Assembly (NCBI RefSeq): GCF_001447785.1
Contig: NW_015164188.1
Span: forward strand, 588,472 to 652,471
Length of the DNA stretch: 64,000 nt
Source of the DNA: Gekko japonicus
Taxonomy: Eukaryota
Direction of reading: 5' to 3'
The position numbers were made by a program, and so were the translations under genes. The notes beneath the pieces were generated by a model. The model did no database searches and was not told where the DNA came from. It saw only the letters and a program-made list of their open reading frames with translations. Of this stretch, positions 50,191 through 63,945 are shown one piece after another (position 1 is the first letter of the stretch; each line of letters starts with the position of its first letter).

Positions 50191-50555
50191 TCTTCTTCAG
50201 AAGTAATAGATCAAAATAGCTGCAATAAAACAATTTATTCCATGTGCCAAAAGAGTGCATGATTCTCCAAAGGCTTGTACTCTTGGGCTCACTAGTTTCA
50301 GTTTTAGCAAGCAAACCTGAGTTAATTGCTTAGAATGAAATAGAAAAACACACCAGAGTCAATTTAAGGTCTTCTGTCACCCCAAGCAAGATACAGTTTT
50401 GCTCCCTCCCCCCACCCACCATTTCTTCCAAAACAGCACAACATTGGTTCACAAAAAAAATAAGCTAGAGTTTCCTGGGGTATGATCGTATTTCATTTTT
50501 AATTTCTTTGAATTCAATGTATAATATTTATTACTTCATTGCAAGGGAATAATGT

Positions 50556-50765
50556 AGTGGAAAGTGCAGTTAAGTCACAGACAACTTATGGCGACCCTGT
50601 AGGGTTTTCCAAGAAAGAGGGGTGGTTTGCTATTGCCTGCCTCTGCATACCTACCCTGGACTTCCTTGCTGGTCTCCCATCCAGATACTAACCAGGACGG
50701 ACCCTGCTTAGTTTACAAGATCTGATGAGATCAGGCTAGCCTAGGCCATCAATGTCAGGACAAGT
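50556..50765 (-). mobile_element. 5S-derived SINE
   Basis: Antisense of the 38163 family (GGTCTCCCATCCAGATACTAACCAGG...CTGCTTAG...GATCTGATGAGATCAGGCTAG). Confidence 0.78.
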
Positions 50766-53700
50766 GAACACTGGACACAGTTTAATGGATATTTAAAATT
50801 GTTCTTCTTCCTTATGAACAAAAGGAGTTTTGTGGCACCTCAAAGACTAAGAGATTTATTGTAGTATAAATAATTGCTGAATCAGAATTTAACAATAGAT
50901 GAAATCATATTAAGCAGGGCTTAAACTGGCATAGTTCCAGCTTCTGTGAAGAGTCTTTGTGCTAATCGTGTACTTTTCAGTACTTTTCACAGAAAAGTCT
51001 CAAAGTATACCTCTTGCGTTTCATGTCCTTTCACCCAACTGCTCTCAATATTGTCCCTCTATATCCATTTGTCTAGCTGTATCTGCTGACTTAGGATTTA
51101 CCTCATGCAGCTGATGAAATAACTCCGGCCATTAAAGCTTGTGTGACAATAAATCTGTCCTTAAGATGGCACAAGATTCCTTTTTTCATTTTGCGAGGAA
51201 CAGATTAACATGACTTCTAGAACTAATTACTTAATTTGTGCCAAGACCTCTCCAGGACTTAGCCCAGGAGTTTTTCAACTCCAGTCCCAAGAACTGGAAG
51301 AAAATGTGTTTGAGCACACGCTGAATGCCCTTCCCTCACCACTGAATAGCTGTAGTCTCCTGCCTCCCCACACACATAATAGCTGAAGGTCAGGTTGCCT
51401 GTAGGCCAGCACTTTTACATCCAAAACATGATCCCACGATCTCAAAAAACAAGGATCGAGAAGACATGGGGGAAATCAGAGGGAGCTGCGGGCCACACAG
51501 TGAATAATGTGACATTGACCAGTGCAAGCAGGGGAAACAGAAGAGCAAGGCACAGCTGCTTGTGGGGAATTGGTCATTGGGTGTGAGATGTAGTTTTTCC
51601 AGAAGCAAAGAGGAAACCTGCTCTTGCTAGGTACAGAATCTTCTGGATTCACAGAAGCAGGTCTGACTGCCTTTGGCTTCCTCCTCATCTTCTGGATTCA
51701 CAGAAGCAGGTCTGACACGCCATGCTGGGTCTATGCATACAAAAGAATGGGGATGGGAATGAGGTGATGGAATAGACTCTAGCACTATAGATTGCTAGTG
51801 TGAATCACATTTGTATGTGTGTGTGTCCCCCGTCTAAAGAAGCCTCCCTGTAAGTAGAAAACCAACACAGCAGGTAGAGGACTCAACTAGATCCATTTTC
51901 CTTGATGTGCTATTTTTTGTGCTTTCAAAAAAGTCTTTACATAGAGGACCCCTTCAGAAATGTATCTCCTATATGCAGTCTGACAGTCATACGATTCCAC
52001 TGCATATATAAATCTAGCTTCTGTAACCTTTGCAATGGAATTCTTACCAGTTTTCAGAGTGGCATGCTGATGCTCTACACAGCAGGGTTACCCAACAGGG
52101 TACATATATCTGTCCATGAGGTTAGATGGAATGGTTCCCTTCTACACATTGTAAAGAAGCAGGGCAATCAATCCACATGTCGTGTTGTCATTCTTTCCTC
52201 CTGGATGAAGTTATTTTCAGAGTAATAACACTTCCAGTTGACAAAATCTGACGTGTGTCCAGATCCGAAGTATAAATCTCTGCCTCCACATCAAAGGCTG
52301 CAGTGTTGTGTTTTTTAGTTTTGCTGGAACTGGCACATTTCTGGATGAGCAAGCATCAAACCATTTGGAACCTTGCACTGGAGAAGCATCATTCTCAGGC
52401 ACCAGCCATTGAAGCCATCTGAGTGGGCTGGATTCGTCTTTAGAAATGCCTGCCCAGTTTCAGTAAACGGTTTGGAGATAAAAGAGCTATCAAAATGCAA
52501 ATTTAAATTTACTGACGCAAAATGTATTAGTGAGGGCTTTAAGTGATGTTTCCAGTTTGCTATCCAAACATTTTAAGTATAACACCTGCAGCTGTGCATT
52601 TCCTTTGAAAAGTGACAGTAACTAAAAGGAGAAATTGTCAGATACCTTGCCCTTGCCTTGTCCTTCTCAGACATTTTAAATCCAAGACATCAGGAGTCAG
52701 AACTGATTAAGAGATTACATCGAAGCTCAGTTAGAATCCTTTGCATCACAGCTTGAAGCACTAGTAACTCCACACCAAGACTTGAGTATATTGCAAGGAC
52801 TCCAAAGTTGGAATGATTGGGGGGAGGGGACAGTTCTGCATCCCCAGGGTCGTATTCAAGCTAATGCTGATAAGACAAATTCTCGTCATTTCCATTTACC
52901 CAGTTTCTTCCTGAAATCCAATAATCTGTTTCTTTTCCTCTTTTTATGAATTTGGAGTCTGTTTTGATCAAAAGTGAAATTCAAAGAGAGGAGGGACAGG
53001 AAGGGAGGTTCTACAACTTTTCAAAAGTTTACTGTGCATGTGCTCAGAGGCAGGCAATGTCGATTCAAACCTTCATCTCTTCCTGCTAGAGCACCAACCT
53101 CTGATGCGTAACATCAAAACCCAAAGAGACTGTAATAACAAAAGGGCACACAGAGGCGTAACAGAAAGCTACAAAGAGAAATTGGGGGGGGGGGTCCATC
53201 TGTTGATAAACACCCAAAAAAGGCAGAGAATCGATGGCTCTATCTAAAAAAGTGAATTCAGAAAAAATCTGAAATCCCATGCCCTGTAATAACACTAATT
53301 GAAGCTAAGATGCTGTTGCTTAAATTGGGAAGGTTTAACTGCAATGGATGCCGCAATAAAATTAAATATGGAATATGTTGCATTATTAATCTGTAATGTT
53401 ACTTCTATGATCCTAACAAGAACTCTGTTACAAAAAAAAGTTATTTGACAATCAAAACCCAAGAACACAAAGCGCAAAAATGCAAGGCCAAATTGCACAT
53501 GAATTGGGAGATTCATTAGTATATCTCTTGACACGTTTGTTTTTATTTTAAAGCAACCACAGCAGGCTTCTGTTTTGATCCGAGGAGAGGGTTTGCTCTT
53601 TCCCCCATACTTTTTTGTCAACCTAAATCCCACCCAAACTATTATTAGGATATCATATGATTTTCCGCTGTCGGGTGTATACAGCATCTTCTACGGAATT

Positions 53701-54030
53701 GTTTCAGAGGAGTAGGCAGCTTAGTACATTTCAGACAAAATAAAAAAGGATCTTGAGGCACCTTAAAGACAATCACATTTTTATTTTAGTTTAAATTTTC
53801 ATGGATTAGAACCCACTTTGTCAAATCTGTGTAGTGGGTCCTCACACAACAGACCTATAAACATGTTAGTTTATGTATGTATGTATGTATTTATATATTA
53901 AAACATTTATTTCCCACCTCTCCTCTTGGTTCAAGATGGCTTACAATATTTATACGAACAAAAAAGGAGGGGAAGGGGAAGGGGAAAGGAAAGGGGGGGG
54001 GAGAAGGAAAACTCAACCCAAAAAGCTGCT

Positions 54031-54363
54031 ATGAATCCACAAGGGTTAAGCTGACACTAAATATAATACAGGTACAAAATGTATTCAGGTGTACACATTT
54101 TTTAAAAACTTAGACCCATTAAAAATATTCACATTCAGACAAGAAAAATTTCTCAACACTCATACATAGATGGGTTGTCAACACTCATACATAGATGGGT
54201 TCTCAACGCTCATACATAGATGGGTTATGTATGAGTGTTGAGAAGTTTTTCATGTCTGAATGTGAATATTTTTAATGGGTCTAAGTTTTTTAAAAATGTG
54301 TACACCTGAATAAATTTTGTACCTGTATTATATTTAGTGTCAGCTTAACCCTTGTGGATTCAT
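54031..54363. repeat. 333-bp AT-rich palindrome with three 25-bp tandem units at the apex
   Basis: Arms 54031..54168 and 54226..54363 (ATGAATCCACAAGGGTTAAG...CTTAACCCTTGTGGATTCAT). Unit TCTCAACACTCATACATAGATGGGT x3 at 54151..54225. Confidence 0.95.
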
Positions 54364-55904
54364 TACAAAATTTATATACAACACATAAAGGAAAAAGCAT
54401 CAGGGCGAAACATTCATGAAATGCAGGAAGTACAGGGTGATATGTAAAAATCAAATGTGATCAAGAAAAGTAAAGACAAAATTCCCAATAGCAGTAATTA
54501 GCAATCTTGCTAGTTTTGTTGAGGCATTTGTAATGGTGAAGGAATTCCAAGTCCTTTTAAAGTCTTCAGAAGATAGTATCAACCTTCATGATGGATTCTA
54601 ATTTAAATTCAAATCGAGGAATTAAAACTGAAAAAAGGGGAGGCAGGGGAAGTGTTAAACCCACCTCCTTTCCCAGAGTCCCTGCTCTGATCAGAATTAA
54701 GTCCCCTTGAATACTCTAAAATAAATGAAAACGGCAAGAGATTTAATTACAGATCTTCTGCACAGAATATCATTTTGGCTCATAATCTCCCAGGCATCTC
54801 ATTAGTATTGCTGATGTGTTTTACACTGTAAAACTTTTTAAGATTATCATCAATTAGATGTTTCCCTCAACTCAGTTGCTTTAAATAACTCTTGTACTTT
54901 TACTTATGCAGGTCTGTTTAGAAAGTTATCACAAATAAAATCTCTGGTCATCTAGGTGATGGAAAGTGCCATCAAGTTGTAGCTAAATTATTGTGAACCG
55001 GTAGTTTTTTCAAGGCAAGAGATGAACAGAGGTGGTCTTCCTTTGCCTGCCTCAGGGTGTGTTCAGACGGGCAGCTAATCCCGCCATTGGCCTGGCTCAA
55101 ATTTGATCCCGATCATTTTTATCCAGTGTTGCATGACCAGACAGCTCCCCCCATGAATTGACTTACCATGCGCTGACTCCGCTGTGGATTGTCTAGACAG
55201 CATCCCCCTGAAGGAGCTGCGCGGTCAGGGTTTTTTTTAAAAAAAAAAAAATCCATTGTGCATGTGCATATGCACTTCACTGTGTGCTTGGTTTTCCGCA
55301 CACCCGCAGAATCGCATGGTTAAAGCACCGCCTGAGGGACACGTAGCCGAAATCCCTACACCTCCCTATCTCTCCCCATGGAGCAACCAATAAATCAGTC
55401 CAAGCATATCCAACTTCTGTTCTGATGTAGACAGCCAGGGCTGGATGAAATGAGTCCCGACCATCCCCCCTGCCCTTTTAATTTGTGGAACTACAGGCTT
55501 TTAGAACTTATCCATCTCCTTGTTTCTGTGGTCAGTGCTCTTCCCAAGTGGTCTCAGGAACATGTGCTCAAGGTGGAGTAATATGGAAAGCAAGCCAAGA
55601 GACTCCCAAACTAAAAGAACTTCTTCCTCATGATCAGGAGTTTTATAATCTTCTCCTCAGCTTTCCTCACTCAAATCCTCTTTCTTTTCCTGTCCCTTGA
55701 GCCCTTGAAGTTCTGTATCTAGGGTGGGTTCTCGTTATTGTCCTCCTGGCTATGGCCATTTACATATGTATAGGACTAGATGCTTGGGAGGTGAGTAACA
55801 CTTACTATATTTCCTCCCACCAGCCAGCAAATTTACTTTATAAACTCTGACCCTGCCTAACTTCTAGGATGTAAGGAGTTTCACCACAGGTAGCATCTCA
55901 AGCT

Positions 55905-56120
55905 AGCCTTGCTCTGGATGGTCCAAACTAGCCCAACCTCATCAGATCTCAGGAGTTAAGCAGTGTTGGCCCTAGTTAGTATTTGGATGGGAGACCACCA
56001 AGGAATAACAGTGTTGCTGCACAGAGGCAGGCAATGGTCAAACACCTCTGAATATTTCTTGCCTTGAAAACCCTATGGGGTCACCATAAGTTGGCTGCAA
56101 CTTGACAGCATTTTCCACCA
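55905..56120 (+). mobile_element. 5S-derived SINE
   Basis: Collinear with 38163..38385. Confidence 0.78.
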
Positions 56121-56384
56121 GCCTCTCAAGATTCATCTAATCAAGTTATTGTTGCTACTTGCAGGGAGACTGGCCCTTTAACCTATCAGAAAAGTTCCCA
56201 GGAAACCTCATCCCTAGACAGAAACTGGCAGCTAGAAGCAAGCTGATCCAAGTGACTCCTGCAGTGGTGGCAGTGGTGGTGAGAACTGCAAAGGGCACTG
56301 AGCTCAACTTGCTCCAGGCTTTTTAAATCTCCCAGTCTGTCTCTGTTGCAGTGGTTTACCAGGAGTCTCCAGAAGGCTAGGGAT

Positions 56385-56590
56385 CAATGTTCCCTTTAAG
56401 CTGGGTTAGTGTGAGCTAGCTCACAGTTTTTTAGCCTCTGGCTCACACAGTTTTGTCTTAGCTCGGGAAGGATGGCTCCAGAGCAAAGTAATTTATGCAG
56501 TAGCCAAATCACTTGCTCATAACTTTAATGCCAGTAGCTCACAAAGTAGAATTTTTGCTCACAATACTCCACAGCTTAGAGGGAGCATTG
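56385..56590 (+). mobile_element. hAT-type MITE family A, copy 4
   Basis: CAATGTTCCCTTTAAGCTG...CAGCTTAGAGGGAGCATTG; TSD CTAGGGAT. Confidence 0.92.
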
Positions 56591-57979
56591 CTAGGGATCT
56601 GCAGTATTCTACTTGTTTAATATTCAGCAGCAGCTATGAAACTTATACTATCAGTAGCAGAGTGACCCTGATAGCTTAAGTATTCCTGTTATTTCCTGGT
56701 CTCTTTTTATTTCCTTTGAAGCCTAGATTTAGAACTTTGCTTTGAACTCCTAACTTCTCTTTTATGCTCAAGTAGATCTATCACATTTTGATCCCTGATA
56801 ATTATGCACCCAAAACAAAGAAGGTAAGGTTGTTTCTTAGACAAAGGTCAGTAGACTGTAATGAAGCTTCTTAAATGTTTCCTATGTGAGCAGTTGCATC
56901 AAAATGATGCTTCACTGGAATCTGTTATTGGTATCTTCCATTTATATTTGTAAGTGTATGGCACTACTGAGTATGAACATGTTCCAATTCACCTGCCATT
57001 AATCACTCTGTCAAGATTGACATTTAAGATGGTTATGGAGAAGTAAGAAGGAGTTTTTCAAGCCTTTCAAGTACAGGCTTGGAGAGGGAGTAGATTCTAC
57101 TAATTCAAGCCAAGGATAATGGGAACAGAACCCAGAGTGCTGTAGTTCAGATGGATGAATGAATCTCGAATGCAGGAGGGTGGTCTTGTCTAAGGGACAT
57201 CGGTAAAAACAATGCAGTCAGTAAAAACAATGTGAGCCTACCTTTTCTATTGTTCCCTGCCATGTGAGCAAGGGATCACAAAAAGTCATTCTGTCTCCAA
57301 GACTCTACCCAAACCAACTGAGAGGAACATTAGGGATAACAGGCTATAGATTATGTTCAGATCCAGACCACCTTTAATGGTTTTGTTAAGTTTTACTTAT
57401 GGTTACACTGGGCTTGTGTGTCATTACTGTAGAGTGCTGTTTATCCCAGAGGAAAAGCATTAAGTTCAGGCTACAGATGGCAGCAATTAGGGATGCAAAA
57501 TTCAGCTCTATGGGAGTTTTGTAACTACCATGCACTCCACAGACTTTCAAATAAATTATCAGGCTTGCCAGATGCATGACAGCAGACATACTAAGACCTT
57601 TTCATACGATAACCTCCCATATGGATCTCATATAATCAATACAAAAGTTATGTAGTGGGGAAAAGAATTATGTTTAAACTGACCCAGGAGTAAACATTAA
57701 AGCTCTTCTGCCCTAAATTGCTATGTCTGCAGAGAAAGTAGACCTTTGTAACCAGTTTATTGATTATTTACTAGTTCTTGCTCTTTTCCCTTGTTCATTC
57801 CTTCAGTTTAAGAACATAAGAGAAGCCAATGTTGGATCAGGCCAATGGCCCATCTAGTCCAACACTCTGTATCACACAGTGGCCAGAAATACCAGGTGCC
57901 ATCAGGAGCTCCAGCAGTGGGGCCAGGACATTAGAAGCCCTCCCACTTTAATTGATATCGTAACTGATATGCATCAAAG

Positions 57980-58155
57980 TTTGCATTGCAGAAGGTTCCA
58001 GGTTCAGTTCCCAGCACCTCCAATTAAAAGGATCAGGTAATATGCATCCAGAAAGGTCTCTGCTAGAGACTCTAGAGCATTGCTGCCAATCAGAGTAGAC
58101 AATACTGACTGTAATAGACCAATGGTCTCAGTATAAAGCAGCTTCATGTGTTTAC
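57980..58155 (+). mobile_element. tRNA-derived SINE with CR1-like tail (Squam2-like)
   Basis: GCAGAAGGTTCCAGGTTCAGTTCCCAGCACCTCCA head; GTAGACAATACTGA...GTATAAAGCAGCTTCATGTG tail. Antisense relatives near 19830 and 36675. Confidence 0.6.
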
Positions 58156-58299
58156 ATGCTTTCACGGAGCTCACAAAACATCGGAATACAAACATTGTTA
58201 ATCTTTAAGGTACCACAAGACTCCAGTTGATCTTTCAGCATTTACCTTGCACATCCTGTTACAAGCCTACTAAGAAGTTTGTAAAATAATTGACCTTAC

Positions 58300-58384
58300 C
58301 TGTATATTCTGATAAAATGGTTGCATAGACATAACAGGGCAACGAGGCGATAAATTAACCCAATAAACAAGATGTAGATTGAGT
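58300..58384 (-). other. Candidate 85-nt exon of an unidentified minus-strand transcript
   Basis: On minus: branch point and acceptor ATTACTAACCATTTTCTGCAG| and donor CAG|GTAAGG, in non-repetitive DNA. Confidence 0.5.
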
Positions 58385-59178
58385 CTGCAGAAAATGGTTA
58401 GTAATCACTATTTATAAACAGAAATAAATAGGCCTGTCTGAATTGGCAGGAACGGTAGCATATTTACCCTTCTATGTCCATCAACTAATAGAGTTGCCGA
58501 GCCTTTCTGATTTATCACCTTTGTGACTGACTTTGCCTGGCTGAACGATGATTCATCCTAGTATCTCTCCTTCCAAGACGGTGAACCTGCCAGATTTGTA
58601 TTTAGTTCAACAAAAATACATCTGGGATTGCAAAACGGCCCTTACTGCTAAACACAGACTTCTTGACATTCATACAGACCATAATCCTTAGGAGCTCAGC
58701 CAGCCTGCATTTGTTAGCATCTCTCCTTCCATGTGATTTGATGAAAGTAGAGTTAGTTTTTATTAACTCGGGTAGGGAATTGCAGATTAAAGTCCGTAAA
58801 ATATATACTACTCTTTCTCAACCTGTGTTATCTTTAAATATATGGTATGAAACTTCTGAGCCCCGTAGGTTATGTTATCACAGTGGGAAAATTAGGTAGT
58901 GTTTGGGTAGAAGTTCTCTTAATACTGGGAAGGAATCCACACTTTCTGATTTCACATAGCTTAGCAATCAGGAACTTCCTAGGCTATTGGTGCAGTGGTT
59001 TAATACTAAAGCAGTGGTGTGGGAAGCAATAGACAAAGAAAAGGTAAAAAAGAGGGTACAATTTTTCTTCTGAGTGGAATACACCATCAGCACTGTCCAC
59101 CCCTCCTATAGTGTGGATTAGTGGCATACACAGCTCTTGTGTGGTTTGTAGGAAACAGCTTCCCAAAACCAGCACTGT

Positions 59179-62000
59179 TTTATTTATTTACAGAATTTAT
59201 ATCCCACCTCTCTGCCCTTACAAGGGCTGCCAAAGCAGCTAACAATTTAAAACATATGTGATAAAATACATTACAAAACCACTAAAACAACCCCCTCTAA
59301 ATTTTTAAAGAGTAAAAAAACAGAGTTAAAATATGTATAAAACAGTTAAAATATTTACAAAATATAAAACGTTGGTTAGGAAGGAGAGATCATTGAGGGA
59401 ATCTCCCTTATATATAAAAGCCGAATGGTGGTGGCACTTCTCTAGAACATTCCACACGCTCCGGAATTGGTTGGCGCCCTGGTGTGTCACTCAGAATCTG
59501 TCCCTATCCACTGGCTGCATTGCTACAGAGGATATTTGCATATGCAGCCTCATTGGCCTTTGCCTCAGAACACAGAGGTCGTTTGCATATGCGACTTGAT
59601 TGGCTTTTGCCCACACAGAGTGCATTGCAATAATTAATCTGAGTGTAACCAGGGTGTGCACCACAGTGGTCAAGTCTTTTCTGCTCAGTAAAGGCTGCAG
59701 CTGGGTAACCAGATGAAGCTAGTAAAAGGCACTCTTGTCCACAGAAACCACCTGCTTATCCATCAGTAGGCCTGGGTTCAAGGGTACCCCCAGACTATGG
59801 ACCTATTCCTTCAAGTTGACCTGCAACCCAATCAGAATGGGTGACACCTTAAATCCCAGGTCAGAATTTCTGCTCACCAGTAGCATTTCCATATTGTTGG
59901 GATTAAACATCCATTTATTAGCCCACGTCCACTCCAAAACTGTTCAGGGTTTCTACAGCCTCCCTGGGATCAGCTGGAAGTGTGAGAGATAAGCATCATC
60001 TGGATATGGTGAGAACCCAGCCCAAATTTCTGGAAGGCCTCACCTAGTGGCTGCATAGGGGACAAAATGAAACCTTGTGCGACCCAATAGGCCAAAGGCC
60101 AACAGGCTGAACAGCAGTCTCCCACCACCACCTTCTGAAATCTATCTTCCATGTAGTACCAGAACCACCACAGAATGGTATCTCCCAATTGCAGTCCAGC
60201 TAGGCAGTCCAGAAGGATACTATTATCAATGGTATCAAAAGCCACTGAGAGGACCAGGAGAATCAATAAATTCACACTCCCTCTCTCCATTTCCTGGCAC
60301 AAGTCATCCACCAGGGAGGAGAATCCATAAATTCACACTCCCCCTCTCCATTTCCTGGCACAAGACATCCACCAGGGTGACCAATTCTGTTTCAGTTCTA
60401 TAACCAGGCTTGAAACCAGATTGGATGGGATCTAAACAATTTGTCTCATCCGGGAAGGCCTGGATTTGTCCAGCCACCACCCATTCAATCACCTTGCTCA
60501 AGAATGGAGCATTTGAGACTGGTTGATAATTACTGAGATCTCCTGGGTCAAGGGTGGGCTTCCTTAGAAGTGGATGCAGCATAGCATGTTACAGGCTCGG
60601 GTGAACACCTGCTCTCTTAAGGAAGCATTAACTACTTCTCAAACTGAGTCTGCCAGCTCCTCTCCTGGAAGATTTAAGTAACCAGGAAGGGCAAGGGTCA
60701 TACAAGCAGGTGGCAGTCTTCAAACTTCCAAGGATCCTGTCCACATTCTCAGACTGAATAAATTGAAAAGTATCCCACACAATTAGATGAGTCAGCATCC
60801 TGGCACCATCCAACCCAGTCACTGCTAACATAGAATCCAAAGTCGGAATGGATGTGTGAGAGATTTTATCTGCAAAGTGCTGGGCAAAATGGTCACAGCA
60901 AACCACCAAGCAGTTCACCTCCTTCTGCAGGCCAGATCCCAACAGGCCTCCAAGCACTAGACACAGCTCCACTGGCTTAAATGGAGTTTGGAAAAGTGTT
61001 GTTTTGTTGCTGCCATCACCACCACAGAGTGTGCCTTAAAATAAACTTTCACTCGTGTCCTATCAGTTTGGCTTGAGTCTTCCTCCACTCATGCTCTAAG
61101 CTGTATCCCTTTTTCATCACTCACAGTCCCCTCAGTAAACTAAAGGGCTACATGGCCTCTAACACCTGAGAGAGGATGCCTGGGACCATTCATGTCAACT
61201 ACCCGGGTCATTTCCTCATTCCAGAGGTCAACCAGGGCATTGACATTAGCAGCAACCATATCAACAGGAAAATCCCCTAGAGCCATCAGAAAGCCATCTG
61301 GGTCCATCTGGCTTCAGGGGCAGATCATCTTAATAGATCCCCCATCCCTGCAGAGTCTTGATAGATCCTCCTCCTGCCCAGAACAAAATGCCAGATCAAG
61401 AGGGTAATCTGCACAATGTGTAGGACCAATTATTACCTGAGACAGGCCCTTAGTGGTCAAGGAGGCCATGAAATCCTGTACTGCTTTGGCATGAACGTTG
61501 AAGTCTCCCATGACAATCAGCCTAGGGATCCTCAATGTCACCCCCGAGACCAACTCTGTCAGCTCAGGTAGTGAGACTGTTAAGCAGTGGGGTGGGCAGT
61601 ACTCTAACAGAATCCCAGTCCTGTCTCTCAATCCCAGCATTAGGTGCACAGCCTCAAAACTAGTAGCATTCTGGACGGGGCACCATGCTAGAGGGACACA
61701 ATCCTTATAGACTACAACAGCATCACCTCCTCACTTGCGAGGCCTATGCTAATATATCACCGAGTACCCTGGAGGGCACAACTGAGAGAGGTTAACCCCT
61801 CTCCTAGCCAAGTCTCAGTGATATATGCCAGGTCAGCCCTGTCATCCAGAATTAAATCCTAGATGGCTGCTGTTTTTCCTGTGACTGATCTGGCATTTAA
61901 CAGCAGGATGTTATAGCCTGGGGGGTTGTTGATATGGTTACCAGCATCACTTTGGCTGGAAGAAGAACTAGAAGGAGCAATAGCACACAGTCGTCTGCTG
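59179..62000 (-). mobile_element. Decayed L2 (CR1-group) LINE, endonuclease through 3' tail
   Basis: On minus: ILLLNARSV, LIVMGDFNVH, GPTH...LDL, DPCPSWLLK, LRKPTLDP...NYQPVSN.PFLSKVIE, QSGFKPGY.TET, AFDTID, QGFILSP. L2 tail at ~59180..59245. 58-bp tandem duplication at ~60252..60372. Confidence 0.9.
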
Positions 62001-62604
62001 TCCCTTCGCCTTACCTGGCTTGCTCTTATCCCATCACCATATCGTCCCTACCCATATAATCATGGCACCATCTCTGACTCCATCCTGTTTCCCCAAGCAC
62101 ACCTGTTCCACCAGCCGGAAAAGAAAGAAAAGACACACACACACTTAATAAATAGACCCACTTCTCACCTGGGTCTTGGAAACATAGAACATAAAGCAAA
62201 CAAAAATCCAGAACCACCTCTTGCCTTCGCCAGGATCTAAATAACACACACACAAAACTCTGCTCTGTTTGGTTGAACAACAATCAAACAAAAAGTGGCA
62301 CACCCTCACCCTCCTTCCTCTCCGGACAAGAGGCAAGAGACATAAGTCTTCTCTTTGGATAGCTCTCCCTGCCTTGGTACATCCAGCTGGGGGCCAAGCC
62401 GTGCTGGTTTGACACTTCTTCCTGTTACACCTAGTTACGACTATCTAACTCTGCACATAAGTGCTATAAGAAACAAAATTCTCTGAAGTCTGAAATGTCA
62501 TGACCGTTCTGCCCTTTCATCTGTACAGTTGCAGACTGATACTTTTATGTTTTTTTCTGGAACATCAGTTTTTATTTATATATATTATGTGCCGAGGAGG
62601 GAAA

Positions 62605-62783
62605 GTGGCATGATATAGCCCAATCTCATCAGATCTCAGAAGCTAAGCAGGGTTGGTACTTGGAATGGAGACCATCAAGAAAGGCTCTGCAGAGGAAAGC
62701 AATGGCAAACTGCTTCTGCTCCTCACTTGCCTTGAAAGCCCCTTGCTGGGATTGCCATAAATCGGCTGCAACTTGATGGCATT
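62605..62783 (+). mobile_element. 5S-derived SINE
   Basis: ATCTCATCAGATCTCAGAAGCTAAGCAGGG...GTACTTGGAATGGAGACC, then GGATTGCCATAAATCGGCTGCAACTTGATGGCA. Confidence 0.78.
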
Positions 62784-63802
62784 TGTGTCCCTATTCTGTG
62801 CCTGTTGGAAGCCCATGAAAAAGAATGACATCCTAAACTCAAGACCCTCTCAGGACATTAAAATGAGATTAGATGAAACTTTCTGCTCCTCATTAATCTG
62901 AACAGAACATACTACAGATACACAGAGCAGCGGTTCACATGATAAACTCTCAACTGGGAACATGCAACTCGTGCTCTCTGCCAGGATGTATGCTGTGACT
63001 ACCATCCTTTATTGCTGTGAGCAGACTAAATATAATTGGAAGTTAATTTACCATGGAAACCTTAATGATATTTGAAATCACAGATGAATGCATTTGAGAG
63101 ATAACAATGAAAATTATCATGGCAGGAAAATATCTATAATAATAGCAGTAATAAGTCTCAGCACTTCTGAGCACTGTCTATTAACATCTGATTTTTTTTT
63201 ATTTTTGCTACTTACTTTGGAAGCAAATGTGTTATTTTCCAGTTGCGAGCTTTGAGCAGCTCATTCCGAGTCTAAGACTTGATCTCTCCTCTCAGAAGGA
63301 AATGCCATTCCAAGAAGCCAAATGCATAGTTTTTAATGCCCTTTAGCTAAATATCATTCTTCACATGTCTGCAGCCTCTGCTTTAGAAGTCCCAGGAAAG
63401 AAGCTCATTTGGGTAGCACTCTTTTTAACCAAAATGTATGAGATTTGAATTAAGTTGGAATGTTTAAAATTGTGCATAGAGAAAAATTACCTGGAAGTTT
63501 CAAAGGGCCCGATGTCATTCTCTCAATTGATAGCTGTCCCTACCCTCAAATAAACACTTGATCTAATTTCTATATGATCTGCTGTTACCCACCTTGAGTC
63601 CTACTTTTGATTAGAAGAAAGGCAGGATATTAATGTTTAAAATAGAATAAATAAAATATGACCAAATTTTGGAAATCCACATTTAATTTACAGGCTGATG
63701 TTTATTGTTTTACTTTTTAAATTTTGTTGGTAATTTTATGCTTATATTTTATAGTATAATGTGTACATTTAAAAATATTAAAGGAATTGAGGGTGATGTG
63801 CC

Positions 63803-63945
63803 TGTGTGGTGCAGTGGTTAAGAGCAGCGGACTCTAATCTGGAGAACCAGGTTTGATTCCCCACTCCTCCACATGAAGCCTGCTGGGTGACCTTGGGCCA
63901 GTCACAGTTCTCTCAGAACTCTCTCAGCCCCACCCATTTCACAAG
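63803..63945 (+). mobile_element. Squam3-like SINE, interrupted by a Harbinger-type MITE at the window edge
   Basis: TGGTGCAGTGGTTAAGAGC...GGTTTGATTCCCCACTCC...CTCAGCCCCACC. Confidence 0.8.

Noticed and set aside
53295-53687. 130-aa minus-strand ORF in unique AT-rich DNA
   Set aside because: No recognisable protein features or splice signals. It may be conserved non-coding sequence, which cannot be shown without alignments.
54151-54225. CRISPR-like array
   Set aside because: The 25-bp units are directly adjacent with no spacers, there are no cas genes, and the context is vertebrate.
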